UHGV virus genome: UHGV-0210252
Reading direction: 5' to 3' (one strand)
DNA from: a virus
DNA: 36,405 bases
Shown piece after piece: positions 35,049-36,405 of this stretch (its first letter is position 1; each line of letters begins with the position of its first letter). The notes under the pieces are model-generated. The model ran no database searches. It was not told the origin of the DNA and saw nothing but the letters and a program-made list of their open reading frames with translations. A program made the position numbers and the translations under genes.

Positions 35049-36405
35049 TTAAGCGAATGCAAAGTCTGAAGACAAGATGTCCTCGATATTCAGTTTACCT
35101 TTCTTCGGAAGCTCAGGCAACTTGTCGCGCTGGCTCTCATGAAGTTGGTATTCAAACTGCTCGTAGAAGTCAAGCAGCACATCGTTGTCGCGGTAGGTCT
35201 CGACCATTGTCTCACGGACACCCCGGAACAGATACTCAGCGTCAGCCGGGATGGTCCCGAAGCTATCGTGAATCACTGCGAACGACATCACGCCATACTT
35301 ACGGTGAGTGTGGACTACAGTCTTGCGGAGGTGGCTACCATCTTGTGAATGGACGAAGTTCGGGCTAATGCCTGACTCCTGCTTGTGCTTGTCCAGCTCT
35401 TTCTTAGTACCTTTGTTTACTGTAGGCTGAAGGTTAAATGACCCTAAAAACATCAGGTTCAGACGAGTGGTATCCTTCTTTCGGTATTCCTGCCAGACAG
35501 GGAAACCATCAGGTGTGACCCAGTGTACCGGAAGGCATGGCTTCAGGATTTCTCCAGTCTTCTTGTCCTTCACTTCAGCAGCCAGCAGCTTGGCAGCTCC
35601 TTGAAGCCACTTCATCGCGTCAACAGCAGCAACTACGGTCACACTCACAGCTTCCCAAATCATCTTAGCCATGAAGCGAGACGCTTGGCTTGGTTCGGTG
35701 AACATAGCTCCAGACCCTGAGTCAATCGCTGGCATCACGATGTCCTCGTACACTTGGTCTGCGAAGCCATACTCTTTCGACCCGTAAGCCAGAGTCATGA
35801 CCGAACGCTTAGTGACCTTACGTGACATACCGTAGGTCAGCCACTGACGGGCCAGCTCTCGTGTCCCCAGCTTGAGACGCTCGGTAATCTCACCAGTTTT
35901 CTTGTCCTCGTGAGTTATCATCTCGTTGTCCGTACCGTTAACCAGCAGGACTTTAAGCTCCTCCTCAATGCGGTCAGACACGATACGGTAGATGTCTTGG
36001 ACCTTACCGGATGGCGTCAGGTTTACTGCATGTCCACCGATGTGGTCACGAAGCATAGCGCTGAAGTGCTGAATCCCAGAGCAGGACCCATCGAAAGCTA
36101 TCGGCAGCGAGCAGGAGTAAGACAATCCGTGGTGCATTACGCCAGCATACTCGAAGCAGAACGCAAGGAAGCAGAACGGAGAGTCTAACTTGCCCCACCA
36201 CTCAATGCTGTCCATCGGTGCCTTAGCAGCAGCCATGATGTTGTCGTGGTTGTCTTCCACCCACTTTATGCGCTCCTCGAAGGTAACTTTATCGACACCC
36301 GCGCAGTTTGCACCGTGGACCTTCAGCCATTTAAAACCATCGGCACCAATAGGCTTACCGACTGCTAGAGTTAGGAGTCCCTTCTGCATGTCGTTACCTT
36401 GAGGG
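35049..36405 (-). CDS. Phage single-subunit RNA polymerase (T7 gp1), C-terminal ~450 aa; 5' end lies outside the window
   Basis: Strong similarity to T7 RNAP C-terminal half (SCSGIQHFSAMLRD, RSVMTLAYGS, HDSFGT, terminal FAFA); reading frame open to the window edge. Confidence 0.95.
   Translation of the reverse strand, partial: PQGNDMQKGLLTLAVGKPIGADGFKWLKVHGANCAGVDKVTFEERIKWVEDNHDNIMAAAKAPMDSIEWWGKLDSPFCFLAFCFEYAGVMHHGLSYSCSLPIAFDGSCSGIQHFSAMLRDHIGGHAVNLTPSGKVQDIYRIVSDRIEEELKVLLVNGTDNEMITHEDKKTGEITERLKLGTRELARQWLTYGMSRKVTKRSVMTLAYGSKEYGFADQVYEDIVMPAIDSGSGAMFTEPSQASRFMAKMIWEAVSVTVVAAVDAMKWLQGAAKLLAAEVKDKKTGEILKPCLPVHWVTPDGFPVWQEYRKKDTTRLNLMFLGSFNLQPTVNKGTKKELDKHKQESGISPNFVHSQDGSHLRKTVVHTHRKYGVMSFAVIHDSFGTIPADAEYLFRGVRETMVETYRDNDVLLDFYEQFEYQLHESQRDKLPELPKKGKLNIEDILSSDFAFA

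Overview
The window is most of a T7-like podovirus genome (Autographiviridae/Studiervirinae-type), presented as the reverse complement: every supported gene is on the minus strand, in T7 gene order from a 5'-truncated gene 1 RNA polymerase (window end, 36405) to gene 19.5 and a short repeat array (window start). Gene calls rest on recalled similarity of the supplied translations to T7 proteins and on T7 synteny; no database search was run. Ten copies of a phage-RNAP promoter (minus-strand ACTAAACTATCACTATAGGGAGA-like, distinct from the T7, T3, SP6 and K11 consensus), three conserved RNase III-type processing hairpins, and TE-like and Tphi-like intrinsic terminators are visible. The most notable observations are: (1) the gene 5 DNA polymerase is split by a ~600-nt insert that looks like a group I intron carrying an HNH homing endonuclease; (2) gene 15 has a single in-frame TAG at a position where T7 has Tyr; (3) gp16 has a non-T7 N-terminal domain and a ~170-aa coiled-coil insertion; (4) gp17 is a tailspike with a depolymerase-type C-terminal domain; (5) several small accessory genes of unknown function, including a DUF3850/ASCH-like protein between genes 11 and 12 and a two-gene block between genes 1 and 1.1. 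No tRNA, rRNA, CRISPR array or integrase was seen. Plus-strand ORFs in the track are treated as antisense artefacts.
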